From Eledone cirrhosa (taxonomy: Eukaryota): a DNA stretch of 64,000 nt. Position 1 is the stretch's first letter. Each line of letters begins with the position of its first letter. Shown here piece after piece: positions 38,127-52,058 of the stretch. The notes under the pieces are model-generated. The model was not told the DNA's origin, did no database searches, and worked only from the letters and a program-made list of their open reading frames with translations. The stretch lies in assembly GCA_964016885.1 (NCBI GenBank), contig OZ024740.1, positions 193,812,001 to 193,876,000 of the forward strand. The letters are read 5' to 3'. Made by a program: the position numbers and the translations under genes.

Positions 38127-41100
38127 TTTGATACAATAATGCTGATTTATTGTGGTTAAAATTAAGATTAATATGCAAGTTGCATACACAAAAGAATATA
38201 TGTTTAACTAAAAATTGACATTGCATCGTGAAATCGTCTCATGTATACATTTCTTTTATTCTAGGTTGCAGTTCCATTAGGACGAAATGATTACTATATA
38301 AATAAGCCTACCAATAGACTTGTCGTCTGTGTTTTAGGAGGTTCATGTTTTTGTTGATATAAATCTAAGTATTGCTTACTATTTCATAGGGGAAATAATT
38401 ACGCAAAATAGTAACGCTTACCGGAATAACAGTTTACTTAATGCCTGGAAAGAAGTAACACAATCTGAAATATTAATATGATTATTTTAAGAAATATTTT
38501 CATGTGTAAGTTAATTAAAACAATATATTGTGAAATGAAAAGAGAATTAGGAATATGTCTCTTGAAATGAATTACGTCCGTACTATCTTAAAATCCAACC
38601 GGATTCGCTGGTCGATAATACAAATAAATACATCAACAGAGGTTGAATGAATCTGAAAGCTATACCTATATATTTATGAGAAGATGCCAGCATGAGATCA
38701 ATATTTAATGCAACATTGACGATAGACTCCTACCAAATTCTGACCAGCACAAATATTCAATTAATTATTCAAATATCGCGAGCTGAACCTATTTCAAATG
38801 TTTACAATGAACTCCATAATATCTCATTTTGCCTTGCTTGCGAACATATATGGCATTTACGCCTAATTAAATCGAAAACAATTCTTATGCAACATGCTGA
38901 AATAGTATAATACATATACTTGTCATACACATGTACCGTTACCATCATTCTTCAATAAACGCCCACCCATTGCAGCTTTCAGGTATAATCCCTAAATTGT
39001 ATGTTAAGCCCTGGAGATCAGAGGAATTTCAATCCCCAAGGAGGATTGAAATTCAGAATACATAGTCATGTTATATTTTTAATGAATTAGTACTTTATTT
39101 TACTGAACCGTAAATGATTACAAGCAAAATTATCTTCTGCCAGATTTGCGTTCTAAGCGCAGAGAGCCGGAACACATTTTACACGTTGTTTTATTTGACA
39201 CACTAACAACTCAGACAATATACCTCGTATATAACCTTTAAGAGCTGAATGGGCTTCCACAGCATTATTAGAACATATATTTCCCAAAAAATCAGATCTT
39301 TCATAAAAGAATTGTGTCCTTATTATATCGCAGTCAAAAGGTTTCGTCATAATATTGAAAAGTTAAACCATTGATCACAAGATTTGTAGAGACGTTTGGG
39401 GTAAAAAGGTTAAGTGAAGTAGTGTAATTGAGAATCAAACATGCAACCTAGAATGATTATTTGAAACTTACAATAATTTATGGCATTGAAATAGGGGCTA
39501 AAATGTATATTTGGATAATGCTTACACAGAATTGGCTGACACTATGTTTAGAGAAACACGGTTGGCAATACAAAGGGAATCACCAATGATGTAATCCCTC
39601 TGAAAAAGAAAATCATAGCTAGATTTTAGTGACGTAATCTATTATTATAATATTTCAATAGAGATATCAATAAGTGTGCCAAGGCTATCGGTAATTTTGC
39701 GTGAAATTACGATAAAGATACATAGTTTAATTGTTCTGTTTAGACATTTTGATTTATTTATTCTCTTAACGACAACGAGAATGACGTTAAGTTATAAAAA
39801 GTTTCCTCAAACCTCAACTCAATATCCTTGCACTTAGTTGAAAGAAAATAATATTAGGTTGGTACTTTAAAAAAGAGAAAATATCCTTCGTGAGAAAGTG
39901 AATACTATACACAATATTGTGTTGGGCATTATAGTCTTTAGATTTAGTCTATACTGTGAGATCAAATGACTTTAGTGTCGACTTTTACTTTTATCTTTCC
40001 AGTCTTTCTATCTAGTTCAGAAATAGTGTATCTAGGACTATAATATTGACGTCATATTTTCTTTTATTTATTTTTTGTTAAAAAGGCAGTGTGTATTTCA
40101 AAGATGATTAGACTGCTATGATTAGCAAATCAAGAAACCACGCAGTGTCACTGAGAGGCTCCAATAGATGCGATTATTAGATTGTAGTTTGTGGTGATTA
40201 TACATCATTCCTACTTTGTTTACAATCAGGCCTAGAAGATGCAACAAAATACGTAGTTACATCCAGCATTCAAAAGAGTGGATATGGAATATTGTGTAGG
40301 TGTCATAACTTAGTTAACATCCTCTAATGTGTTTGTAGAAAGTAAATAATCAATATTTATGACTTTTACCTTCCGAAAAACTTTAGAATGTTATAATCCA
40401 TTAGATTATAACATTCTAATTTATGATAGAATATATTAACCTATCTAAGGTGTCATATCAAAGCCTAAGCCTTTCTCTTTGAGCGGGAAAGCACTCCACT
40501 TACGAACAATCGCTGATTCTCTGGAAATCCCAGGTGGGACCAATATTAGAGTGCAGTTCCATACACCTGAGATTGTTGATGATACACACAGCGGCATCCT
40601 CGACCAGTTCAACTGATAGGTGTAAAATCAATCAGAGATGCGCATGTGATTCTGACCATCAGACATACCCTCTTCCTTCTCTAGCTTTTCTTCTCCTACT
40701 AGAATGAATTCTGCTCCTTCCACATGGCTGGCCTTTTGTTTTCTACTTTCGCGCACAATAAATTCATTCCTTAATCCAATTTCCATCCCCAGATTTCTCA
40801 TTAATTCGCACAACGTTGCCCTAGCCCTGACGTGGCAATCTGGATATTCCTCGTGAACATGTGCCCCTCAGTTGTCATCTTACAGGAGTGTGATCTGAAC
40901 GTTAATTTCCACAATTTCTCTAATCTCAGCACACCAGTAAAGACATTAGATCTTCTCTTTTCCCAAAACAAATCTAATAGAAAATATGTACTTTATATTA
41001 GATGTACTTTATATTACAATAGCTTACTCTTACTAAAATAATTATTTGTTGAAGTGTGTTTCAAATGTTAATAATACACTACCACGTTTTATTCGATGAC

Positions 41101-41782
41101 TGGATTGTGTGGGTGATGTGTCAAACACACTGGGTTATAGTTATTTACGTTTTATATTCTTATGTGAAATATGATTTATTGATTTTGCAAAGAATTAGAG
41201 AATCTAAATCGAAACACTTTATTGTTCCACTACTATATTTAATTTAACAACCATCTGCTTCTAGATAAGTTGACAGATCACTCATATTTCTCCGGAGGGT
41301 GGTTGTTTCCCCATATAATTGTATATGATACGTGCAAGTTGTAGAAGTGCGTGTTTCGTTTGGACAATTTGTCCCGTCATCTAAACACCAGTCTCAAAGA
41401 TGTGTCTACGAAATGCTTTTATGGTGAATGGACAACTAAAGTATAGCAGACGTGTACCAATCAATCATGAACTTAATTGGAATTAATACTATTAAGTACA
41501 CCTAATGTTATGTGATGTATTATACGTAGCTCATAATTTTCAGTAACGGATAAATATACAAAGACATAGACTTTAATTGTAAGGTTTAAAACTTCTGACT
41601 AACATTTATCATTACGATTAGGAATGCAAACTATATAGTGTGTTGTAAAAATAACCAAAACGTGTGTTTTCTATTGTAATTCATTATTTCATTGTTATCT
41701 AAGATATATAATATCACAAAACAAACAAAATTTAGTATTTATTGCTTCGAACAATATACGTTGTGTGAATCATATATGTATG

Positions 41783-41814
<32 letters not shown>

Positions 41815-41967
41815 CCAGGGGGTGTAACTACGAGTTACTGCAGGTTCACCCGGGTGAGCACTCGATGTTTAGGTTCACTTCTGTGATAATGTGCAGAGCT
41901 ATACAGAGTGTAATAAATAGAAAGGATAAAAAGGACGATTTATTATTCCTTCATTGCATTTATTGAT

Positions 41968-42054
41968 GGGTGACGCGCGTTTCGCCACTGATCAGCTCAA
42001 GGTTCGATCTATATCGATCCTACCCGACTCAATAATCCGCAGCTTGACGGACCT
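41968..42054 (-). ncRNA. HHR-topology fold with variant core (CCGTCAA), left arm
   Basis: Mirror copy of 49699-49785. Confidence 0.45.
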
Positions 42055-42945
42055 TCCCAAAATGCTATAAGAAAATGAAATACATGCTATGTGATAAAGT
42101 CAGATATTCAAGAGTTTAACAAAATGAGTTGTTTTGATTGGTGGGAAGGGTCAAGGTGATGTACTGGCCTGTAGTGTATTGGGGGTGGGTGTGATGGTGA
42201 GATGTTGGTGACGATGGGTGGATGAGATAGGCTGTGGTTTGGTGGTGGTTGATTGGCCTTGGTGTGTAGAGTATGTGTGGGTGTGGGTGTTATGAAATGG
42301 TGGTTGTTATGGTTGCTCAGTGGGATGGGCTGTGGTATGAGGTTAGTGGGTTGTCAGTAGACGGGTTGGCGTGTGTGTGGGGTGTGGTATTGGTGTCGCT
42401 GTCTATGGTAATGGCGTTTATGGTGGTGTGGCGGATGTATTGGTGGCGTCAAGGTCATTACCTAGATACATAGCTAGTCGCTCATCGTCTGGCAGATGCT
42501 TTGTATATACTTATACGCACACACATATAGGTATATATGTGCACACATATTGTTGTATAAACACACCCGTCACACAACACACACGCACATCCATGCCCAC
42601 ACATATCGACACACGCCCACACACGGCCATATGTATATGTAAACACATGTATGTGCGTGTGTGCGTGCGGACATGAATATGGAAAGTGGGGGAGTATCGT
42701 TGGGGGTGGGGAACGACGGAGATGGGGGAAGGTGAGTGGCAATGTAGAAGGTGTTTTACATACATACGTACACATAGGTATACCCATACATACATATGGG
42801 TATGGGCACCTGGACTCACACTCACGTATACAAAATATACACATACTCACTCACACACACGTATACTCAAACACATACATACACATACATATATATATAC
42901 ACACACACGTACATATATATACATATATATACATATATATATATA

Positions 42946-45664
42946 TGTAGTTACCTACATTCCGCGGGCTCACATACATTCTCTGTGCGGGATTTGGTTC
43001 AGCTCAGCCAATCAGCGCCAGGAGAAGAGGATGTATCCCTACGCGTTCTGAGGGAGAAATAGCCCGCGAAGATTTGATAAATCTCACAGACTTGCAGCTT
43101 GACCATGCTAAGGTAAACACCACTTGTTCTTTTGCTCCGTAAGCACAAACAATATGTAACGACACAACAATTTTACTACGGACCTGGCCAAACGCCTCAG
43201 CCAGTCGACCGTATTTTCTCTTGTAATCTTAATTGATTTATTTTATTTCTCTTGGCATGCCAGCTCAACCTCTGTTAATAAATAATGTAAAAACAAGCTA
43301 AAGTCGTTGTCGATATTCCTATCATATCTTTCTACCAAACTGGTGGTTCCTCGTGGCAACCTTACCAACTCTCTAAATATCAATAACTCTCCGCTAAATT
43401 GGTGACCTTCGACGATTAAGTATGAAAACGCAGCCTATTTGAATTCGCCATTCGTTTTAACGGCAATGTGGAGTGGCTTAACATTTGGAATGTTCGATTC
43501 GGGTAGCTAGACTCACTTAGCGTAAGTCCATAAAATTCATAATATTACATTTGTTGAAGCACGCGGCCTGCATTATATTTCTGTCATAACTTTCATGGTA
43601 ACACTAGTAACTCACGCACACAGACGAACTCAAAAATACAACACAAAAAAAAAGAATTTCTCTGGATATAGAATTTTGCTTTCAACCTTCTGTTGAGGTT
43701 GCAGATGGAGACTTAAAGGTTTTGTTTTCCCGCGTACAGCTTGTCTTCTTCAATTGGCTGCGTCATGCCGCATGACGGCTTCTTCGTCACAGGCACATTT
43801 TTCAATCGGCCATCTTGGATTGTCTCACCAAATAATTTTCATGGAGGGTGATTTTTTTTTATTGTTCAAATTTTCTTTAGAATATTTTTTAAAGAGAAAA
43901 ATTAGCAGTATTTCAAAAACTTTTCGCCACGAGGATATTTCAAAACGGCTACCACCAAGTACCAGCCATCAGCAGCAACACATGGCTAATTATTAACCAA
44001 CACCAGGGAACGACTTGTAACTTTACCGACGCAACCACCATACCTTCTGTCTCGTTACCACAGGGACTCGAGAAATTAAGACATTAGTTTTCTCACCATT
44101 ATGGCGTCAGACGTGGCGGCCATATTGGTGACTCTGCGTTCTTCAACGCTCGACTTATACTCTACAGAAGATTCATTGTGACTTTGCTTTAACAACAACA
44201 ACTCTACTAGCTCCCTAGTAAGAGCGTTCCCAAAGAAAAAAGAAGCGAACTTTTTGTTAAAAGAAAAGAAACAATTCTTTCTTTCTTCCTTTTTTTTCAG
44301 GCATTTATTTTGGACATTTATTTTTTTTAAACTGTATTATATGAAAATTCATTTCTCTCTATCATTGTATATGTGACCGCACGCACACATTTTCTTTGCT
44401 GTATTACATGCCTGCATATATACACACACCACGTTGTTATCTATAGTATGTGATCTTCAAGCGTCGTAATATTCTGCGAGATCCCTTTTCACCTTCTGGA
44501 GGTACCAAAACATGCTATCGACACTTGCAGCTTAGTTCACTGTGCACCGCAACACGAGAATGCTAATTGCAGCTGAACTCAAACAGTTTCGCATCTCTTT
44601 GCACATTCATCGTTCATAACAACCTCTATCTTGTTATCTTACCCAACTCACCGGGAAAAGAACAAATAGAACTGGACTTGTCAGCTTTCCCCCACTTCTG
44701 TGGATTCGCCCGAATAATGGAACTGCAACCCACCTACAGATTCAGCTTGCTTTTTTTCTTATCAAAGCAACCAGCCATTTTTTCCTGGCTCCCTAGCACA
44801 TTCGGCAATACATCTGGGAGGCCAACATTTTCTCGCCTACCCATCATCTTCTTGCCAGCACTGGTAAACTACCATAATAGCATCGTCCACAGCTACTGGT
44901 ACAACACTTACCATTAACATTTAATGCAAGAACAGCAACTTCGCCCATGTCAGACTTTATCTGTTTTCTGTTAGACCTTTGGTGGTCACGTATAAACTAC
45001 GAAACAGCTAGTCATTTGACAGCGGCTCAACACGGCCTGTAGCGCCTCATTTTTTTTCTTGCATGCATCTTTCTGCTCAATTATTTTTTCACTGATGTGC
45101 TCTTTCAGCATTTGTTCTTGCTGATTCAATCATCTGTATCGACTACCGTCTAAACTGTACCTTGTGGGTCCTTGGCTTCATCGTTAACGATTTTCGGCTA
45201 AAAATCTGCTCGGAGTTGATGTAGTGACCTACATTCCGCGGGCTCACATACATTCTCTGTGCGGGATTTGGCTCAGCTCAGCCAATCAGCGCCAGGAGAA
45301 GAGGATGTATCCCTACGCGTTCTGAGGGAGAAATAGCCCGCGAAGATTTGATAAATCTCACAGACTTGCAGCTTGACCATGCTAAGGTAAACACCACTTG
45401 TTCTTTTGCTCCGTAAGCACAAACAATATGTAACGACACAACAATTTTACTACGGACCTGGCCAAACGCCTCAGCCAGTCGACCGTATTTTCTCTTGTAA
45501 TCATAATTGATTTATTTAATTTCTCTTGGCATGCCAGCTCAACCTCTGTTAATAAATAATGTAAAAACAAGCTAAAGTCATTGTCGATATTCCTATCATA
45601 TCTTTCTACCAAACTGGTGGTTCCTCGTGGCAACATTACCACCTCTAAATACTTCTTCACCAAA
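42946..45664 (+). mobile_element. Non-coding LTR retrotransposon (~2.7 kb; LTRs 42946-43398 and 45220-45664)
   Basis: Highly similar ~450-bp direct repeats start TGTAG; a PBS-like sequence follows LTR1; no gag/pol motifs recognised; inserted in (TA)n. Confidence 0.75.
43400..43417 (+). promoter_or_regulatory. Primer-binding site, tRNA-Trp-like
   Basis: TGGTGACCTTCGACGATT versus the complement of the animal tRNA-Trp 3' end, TGGTGACCCCGACGTGATT. Confidence 0.6.
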
Positions 45665-48186
45665 TATATATATATATGTATATATACATAGATATACACA
45701 CACACACACATGTACAGACAACACACAAATATACACGCGCATATACACATACATGCACGCACATGAGCTCACCTACAGATATAGTCAGATTCACCCATAT
45801 ACCTATATGTAGACGTGCACATATACACACATACATACATACATATAGACACACACACATACACATACACATACATATATATATATATACAGATACGTAG
45901 CCACACATACACACATGTATACACCTGCGCTCACATACACACACACACATACAATAACTATGCGTACACGCACGCACACTCATACGTCCGTATGTGTAAG
46001 AGTACTTACACACCGACACACGCTACTGTTGGTTGGGGAGTGGGGATGTGCGTTGTTGGTGTTGGTCAAGTATGGAGATGTGTTTTGTGGTGGTGGTGGT
46101 GGTGGAGTTGTGAGGGACAAAAATATATATACAGGATCGAATACCGGTTAGAAGGTGTTTATGGACGTCCGTCGATGTGTGTTGTGGACATGGTGATGGT
46201 GGTGGTGCTGGGGTGATGTGTTCGACAAGATGATTACATGATCAGGGGTTACGGTGTGTTATAGGGTAAGGCAGACGGGGGGTGGGGGGTTTATAATACA
46301 GTCGATCTGAGAGCGAGGGGGGATATGTGTTGATGATGTTAATGATAATGATTGTTGAGGAATTTGGATGTATCTAGTGGTGGCTGTGGTTGTGTGTACG
46401 TGCGACAGTACAATTACAGGGTCGAATTTAGCGTGGTGTTGTAGGTTAGGGTAGACAGAGGGAACATGGGGGGATGTGGTTGTAGGTGTTTATGGTTGGC
46501 GTATGACGATGTGTGGTGTGGTGTGGTGGCGATGGTGTGATATGATCGACATTGTATTTACAAGGTCCCTTGTCATTGTGGATTGCAAGGTAGAACGTAT
46601 CATAGGATACCGATCTAATACGATTTTGCAACGATGAGGTGTGTATGTTGATGTGAATTTTGGTGGTGGTGATGGTTATGCGTGCGGCATGATTACAAAT
46701 GCGGGCTTAGAAATGGTTACAGGGAGTACAGTACAATAAGTTCATTGAGGTGGGCGATGTTGAGACGGGGTATATGTGGTTATTAATATGGTGTGTCATG
46801 GTTAGTATGATTGTTGGTGTGGGTTATGTATGCGGAATGATATACAAAATACGGGCTTACATATGGTTACATGCAATACAATGAAATAAGATAAAGTAAT
46901 GTAAGATTAGAATTAAAGTTCGTTTAGATGGGCGATGGTGATACGGGGCAGATGTGGTTATTATTATGGTGGGTCATGCTTAGTGCGTGGTTTTCCCGCG
47001 AAAGTTTGTGCAGAAAAGGTGTGCATCCTAGTGTGTCTGCAATTGACAATTATGTCCGACCTATAGTTTATTGCGGAATCGAGTTTAATTATTTCCGTGG
47101 CTTCAGCTAGGCATAATCTGTAGTGGTTTCTGTCACTGGGGATGTATGCCACGCACACACAACCACAGCCACCACTAGATACATCCAAATTCCTCAACAA
47201 TCATTATCATTAACATCATCAACACATATCCCCCCTCGCTCCCAGATCGATTGTATTATAGACCCACCACCCCCCCGTCTGCCTTACCCTATAACACACC
47301 GTAACCTCTGATCATGTAATCATCTTGTCGAACACATCACCAACCAACAATAGCGTGTGTGTCGGTGTGTAAGTATTCTTACACATACGGACGTATGAGT
47401 GTGCGTGCGTGTACGCATAGTTATTGTATGTGTGTGCGTGTATGTGAGTGCAGGTGTATACATGTGTGTATGTGAGGGTACATTTCTGTATATATATATA
47501 TATGTATATGTGTATGCGTATGTGTATGTGTGTGTGTCTATATGTATGTATGTGTGTATATGTGCACGTCTACATATAGGTATATGGGTGAATCTGACTA
47601 TATGTGTAGGTGAGCTCAAGTGCGTGCATGTATGTGTATATGTGCGTGTATAGCTGTGTGTTGTCTGTACATGTGTGTGCGTGTGTGTATATCTATGTAT
47701 ATATACATATATATATAGATATATGGTTCTCTTACTTTCTTTGGTCCCTTCTGTCATGTCAGTTAACACTTTCTCTCTACTGACCTCTTCCTCGCACTTC
47801 CACTCACTCACTCTCTGTTTCTCCCCTTCTCACTTCCCCCCGTTCGCTACGAAAACGATTTTCCTTCGTTCTTACATCGGATTCACTAGCGGAAGGTCTA
47901 ATTCTTACTCGCTCATATATTCACCCAGCTTATACTGACAGAATAACCATTTAGCTTGTGTTTCTTTCTATCTTCGGTTAGCTTTCCCCTGTGTTGTTTA
48001 CTTGTCTCACTCGCTTTACGCGTTTCAATTGTCCTAATAACTTATTTTAGTTATTATCGCACCAACGTGAGGTATATGATTTTTAATGCAATGGAATACC
48101 AATGATCATTGGCAAATCACTAATGAGGGACTCATTTTATAACATGTAATCCATGTGCAACCATGTAGTATTTTTCTCCCCATATT

Positions 48187-48276
<90 letters not shown>

Positions 48277-48279
<3 letters not shown>

Positions 48280-48831
48280 GATAAATCTACCAAGAGTTTA
48301 CGGTAGTGTTCAATCCGTATGAAGAACTCAATGTATTCCGGATATCATGGAAAGAAGAGATGTAATGAAAAATCACTTTCGGTGAAAGATAAACGGTATA
48401 CAGAGTCAAGATAAAATATTAAACAAATAATGAATAAACAATGAAAACAGTTCCTTATATTAAACAAAAAAAGTTCATTATTTAACGATCGTTTCTAGGA
48501 TATATATGTGTTAGAATTGGCATGCATATTCAACAGATCTATGTACAAAATTATACAAAATTATACAAACTATCAAGATTAAATATACATACCAACACAT
48601 ATATACGCCGTCTTCAGAAGATTATTTCTGAAGACGGCGTATATATGTGTTGGTATGTATATTTAATCTTGATAGTTTGTATAATTTTGTATAATTTTGT
48701 ACATAGATCTGTTGAATATGCATGCCAATTCTAACACATATATATCCTAGAAACGATCGTTAAATAATGAACTTTTTTTGTTTAATATAAGGAACTGTTT
48801 TCATTGTTTATTCATTATTTGTTTAATATTT

Positions 48832-48834
<3 letters not shown>
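48277..48834. mobile_element. Fold-back solo pLTR of the PLE-2 family
   Basis: 48277-48619 matches 56345-56679. 48411-48619 is inverted as 48626-48834 around a 6-nt spacer. (TA)n lies on both sides. Confidence 0.92.
48621..48768 (+). ncRNA. HHR with long stem II
   Basis: ATTATTT-CTGAAGA-[~115-nt hairpin]-GAAAC-GATC-GT-T-AAATAAT. Confidence 0.78.
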
Positions 48835-48876
<42 letters not shown>

Positions 48877-49698
48877 GTATGTGTATGTATGTGTTGAGTA
48901 TACGTGTGTGTGAGTGAGTATGTGTATATTTTGTATACGTGAGTTTGAGTCCAGGTGCGCATACCCATATGTATGTATGGGTATACCTATGTGTACGTAT
49001 GTATGTAAAACACCTTCTACATTGCCTCTCACCTTCCCCCCATCTCCGTCGTTCGCCACCCCCAACGATACTCCCCCACTTTCCATATTCGTGTCCGCAC
49101 GCACACACGCACATACATGTGTGCACATATACATATGGCCGTGTGTGGGCGTGGGTCGATATGTGTGGGCATGGATGTGCGTGTGTGTTGTGTGACGGGT
49201 GTGTTTATACAACAATATGTGTGCACATATATACCTATATATGTGTGTGCGTATAAGTATATACAAAGCATCTGCCAGACGATGAACGACTAGCTATGTA
49301 TCTAGGTAATGACCTTGACGCCACCAATACATCCGCCACACAACCACAAACGCCACTACCATAGACAGCGGCACCAATACCACACCCCCACACACACGCC
49401 AACCCGTCTACTGACGACCCACTAGCCTCATACCACAGCCCATCCCACCAAGCAAACATAACCACCACCATATCATGACATCCACACCCACACATACTCT
49501 ACACACCAAGGCCAATCAACCACCACCAAACCACAGCCCATCTCATCCACCTATCGTCACCAACATCCAACCATCACACCCACCCCCAATACACTACAGG
49601 CCAGTACATCACCTTGACCCTTCCCACCAATCAAAACAACTCATTTTGTTAAACTCTTGAATATAGCATGTATTTCATTTTCTCATAGTATTTTAAGA

Positions 49699-49785
49699 GG
49701 GTCCGTCGAGCTGCGGATTATTGAGTCGGGTAGGATCGATATAGATCGAACCTTGAGCTGATCAGTGGCGAAACGCGCGTCACCT
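49699..49785 (+). ncRNA. HHR-topology fold with variant core CCGTCGA
   Basis: GGGT-CCGTCGA-GCTGC.GATTA...TGATC.GTGGC-GAAAC-GCGC-GTC-ACCT; all three stems close in register. Confidence 0.55.
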
Positions 49786-49849
49786 ATCAATAAATGCAAC
49801 GAAGGAATAATCAATCGTCCTTTTTATCCTTTCTCTCTATATATATATA

Positions 49850-50043
<194 letters not shown>

Positions 50044-50064
50044 ATATATATATATATAATATAT

Positions 50065-50095
<31 letters not shown>

Positions 50096-50146
50096 ATATA
50101 TTAAACAAATAATGAATAAACAATTCCTTATATTAAACAAAAAAAG

Positions 50147-50301
50147 TTCATTATTTAACGATCGTTTCTAGGATATATATGTGTTAGAATTGGTATGCAT
50201 ATTCAACAGATCTATGTACAAAATTATACAAAATTATACAAATTATCAAGATTAAATATACATACCAAACACATATATACGCCGTCTTCAGAAATAATGA
50301 A
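50147..50301 (-). ncRNA. HHR in the 3' pLTR of PLE-2
   Basis: Minus strand reads TTCATTATTT-CTGAAGA-[116 nt]-GAAAC-GATC-GT-T-AAATAATGAA; 10-bp stem I and palindrome AACGATCGTT. Confidence 0.82.
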
Positions 50302-51107
50302 GTATATTTATTGATAATAACAACAATTCAAAATTTCAGTTCAAAATTGACCAATGAAAACACAAAGGGTTAAATGCAGTTCGGTGTGTGTATATACATG
50401 TAAAACCCTTACACATATTTTACAAAAATGTATGTATAATTTGTATACGCATACTAAAAGGATGGATGCAAATACAAAATTTCAAGGTTAATGTCTCTGT
50501 AAGCTTACAATGCGCAGATAAGATGCGCATTGATACTTATGAAATCAAGTATATAAATATATTTTTTCATACTCACACATATCAGTACAATCACACATAC
50601 ACGCGCGTATATGCATAAATATACACATAACCACGAACATACAAACACACACACACCCCCACTCACATTTATATATGTGGATATAAAATCATAAGCACAT
50701 GGATATTAATTCACTCACATAAAACACTGGCACACACATTTCTAGATCAAGATACAGAAATTAGGTGGGAGGGGGGGAGGGGTCAGTATTCAATTGTCTG
50801 AGCAGACTGCCTAATATAAATGTATCTATAAATTAAGAAAAATAAAAAAATAAAACAATAAAATATAATAAATATAATATAATATACATACACATACAGA
50901 TATATAGACATACATACATGTACACACACATAGAAATATTTACGCATACACACATACACACATACATATACAGTCATACACACACATACACTTACACGAA
51001 CATACACATACACATATATAAAGATATATATATACACACACACACACACACATACACATATATATAAAAAATAAATAATAAAGATATATACCCATATATA
51101 TATACAT

Positions 51108-51144
<37 letters not shown>

Positions 51145-51223
51145 CATACACATACATCTAAATATACATACACATACATACACACATACATGTACATACA
51201 TATACATACATATACGCACATCG

Positions 51224-51266
<43 letters not shown>

Positions 51267-51542
51267 TAGACATATAGATACATACACACACAACTTACAT
51301 ACACACATATATATATACATGTATATTCATACATAGAATTAGATATATAATCATACATACATATGCACTTACTTATACTCATATATACAAATACATACGC
51401 ATCCATATATGCGTATATACATAAAAAACCCCTACAACCTCACCTAACTCAGACATACAAATAAAAATAATAATAAAAAGGCATATGTATATACATACAC
51501 ACACGCATTAATAGAGATATATATATACACACATACATACAC

Positions 51543-51573
<31 letters not shown>

Positions 51574-51858
51574 TATATATATATATACACACACATACAC
51601 TCATACATATATATATATATATATATATACACATAGATATCCACACACTCATACCACCATAAATACACATACAAACACCCACATATACATATATATACAC
51701 ACGTATATATATATATATATATATACACACACATAAAAAACAGACATGCACATATATATATATATTTTTTTACACTTATATATACACATATTATATACAC
51801 ATACACAACCTCACTTATACACACATACACATAAGTTATATTATAATAATAAAGAATA

Positions 51859-51901
<43 letters not shown>

Positions 51902-51997
51902 CATACATACATACATATACATACATACATATAAACATATACATACATAAATACACACATACGAATAAAGACATATATTCACACATAGACACCTATA

Positions 51998-52058
<61 letters not shown>

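Larger units (their letters stand above)
41919..49834. repeat. Large concentric inverted repeat interrupted by insertions
   Basis: Outer arms are 41919-42940 and 48845-49834. Inner arms are 45665-46035 / 47340-47720 and 46213-46400 / 47152-47341. Confidence 0.88.

Noticed and set aside
39150-39720. Faint transposase- or helicase-like peptide fragments
   Set aside because: Too degenerate to assign by eye.
40440-40670. Possible L2/CR1 LINE relic (minus strand ELVEDAAVCII)
   Set aside because: A single weak motif only.
48010-48080. Minus-strand GAAA-CGCG-TA-AAGCG with an upstream hairpin
   Set aside because: No CUGANGA-like core; only a half-motif in a single copy.
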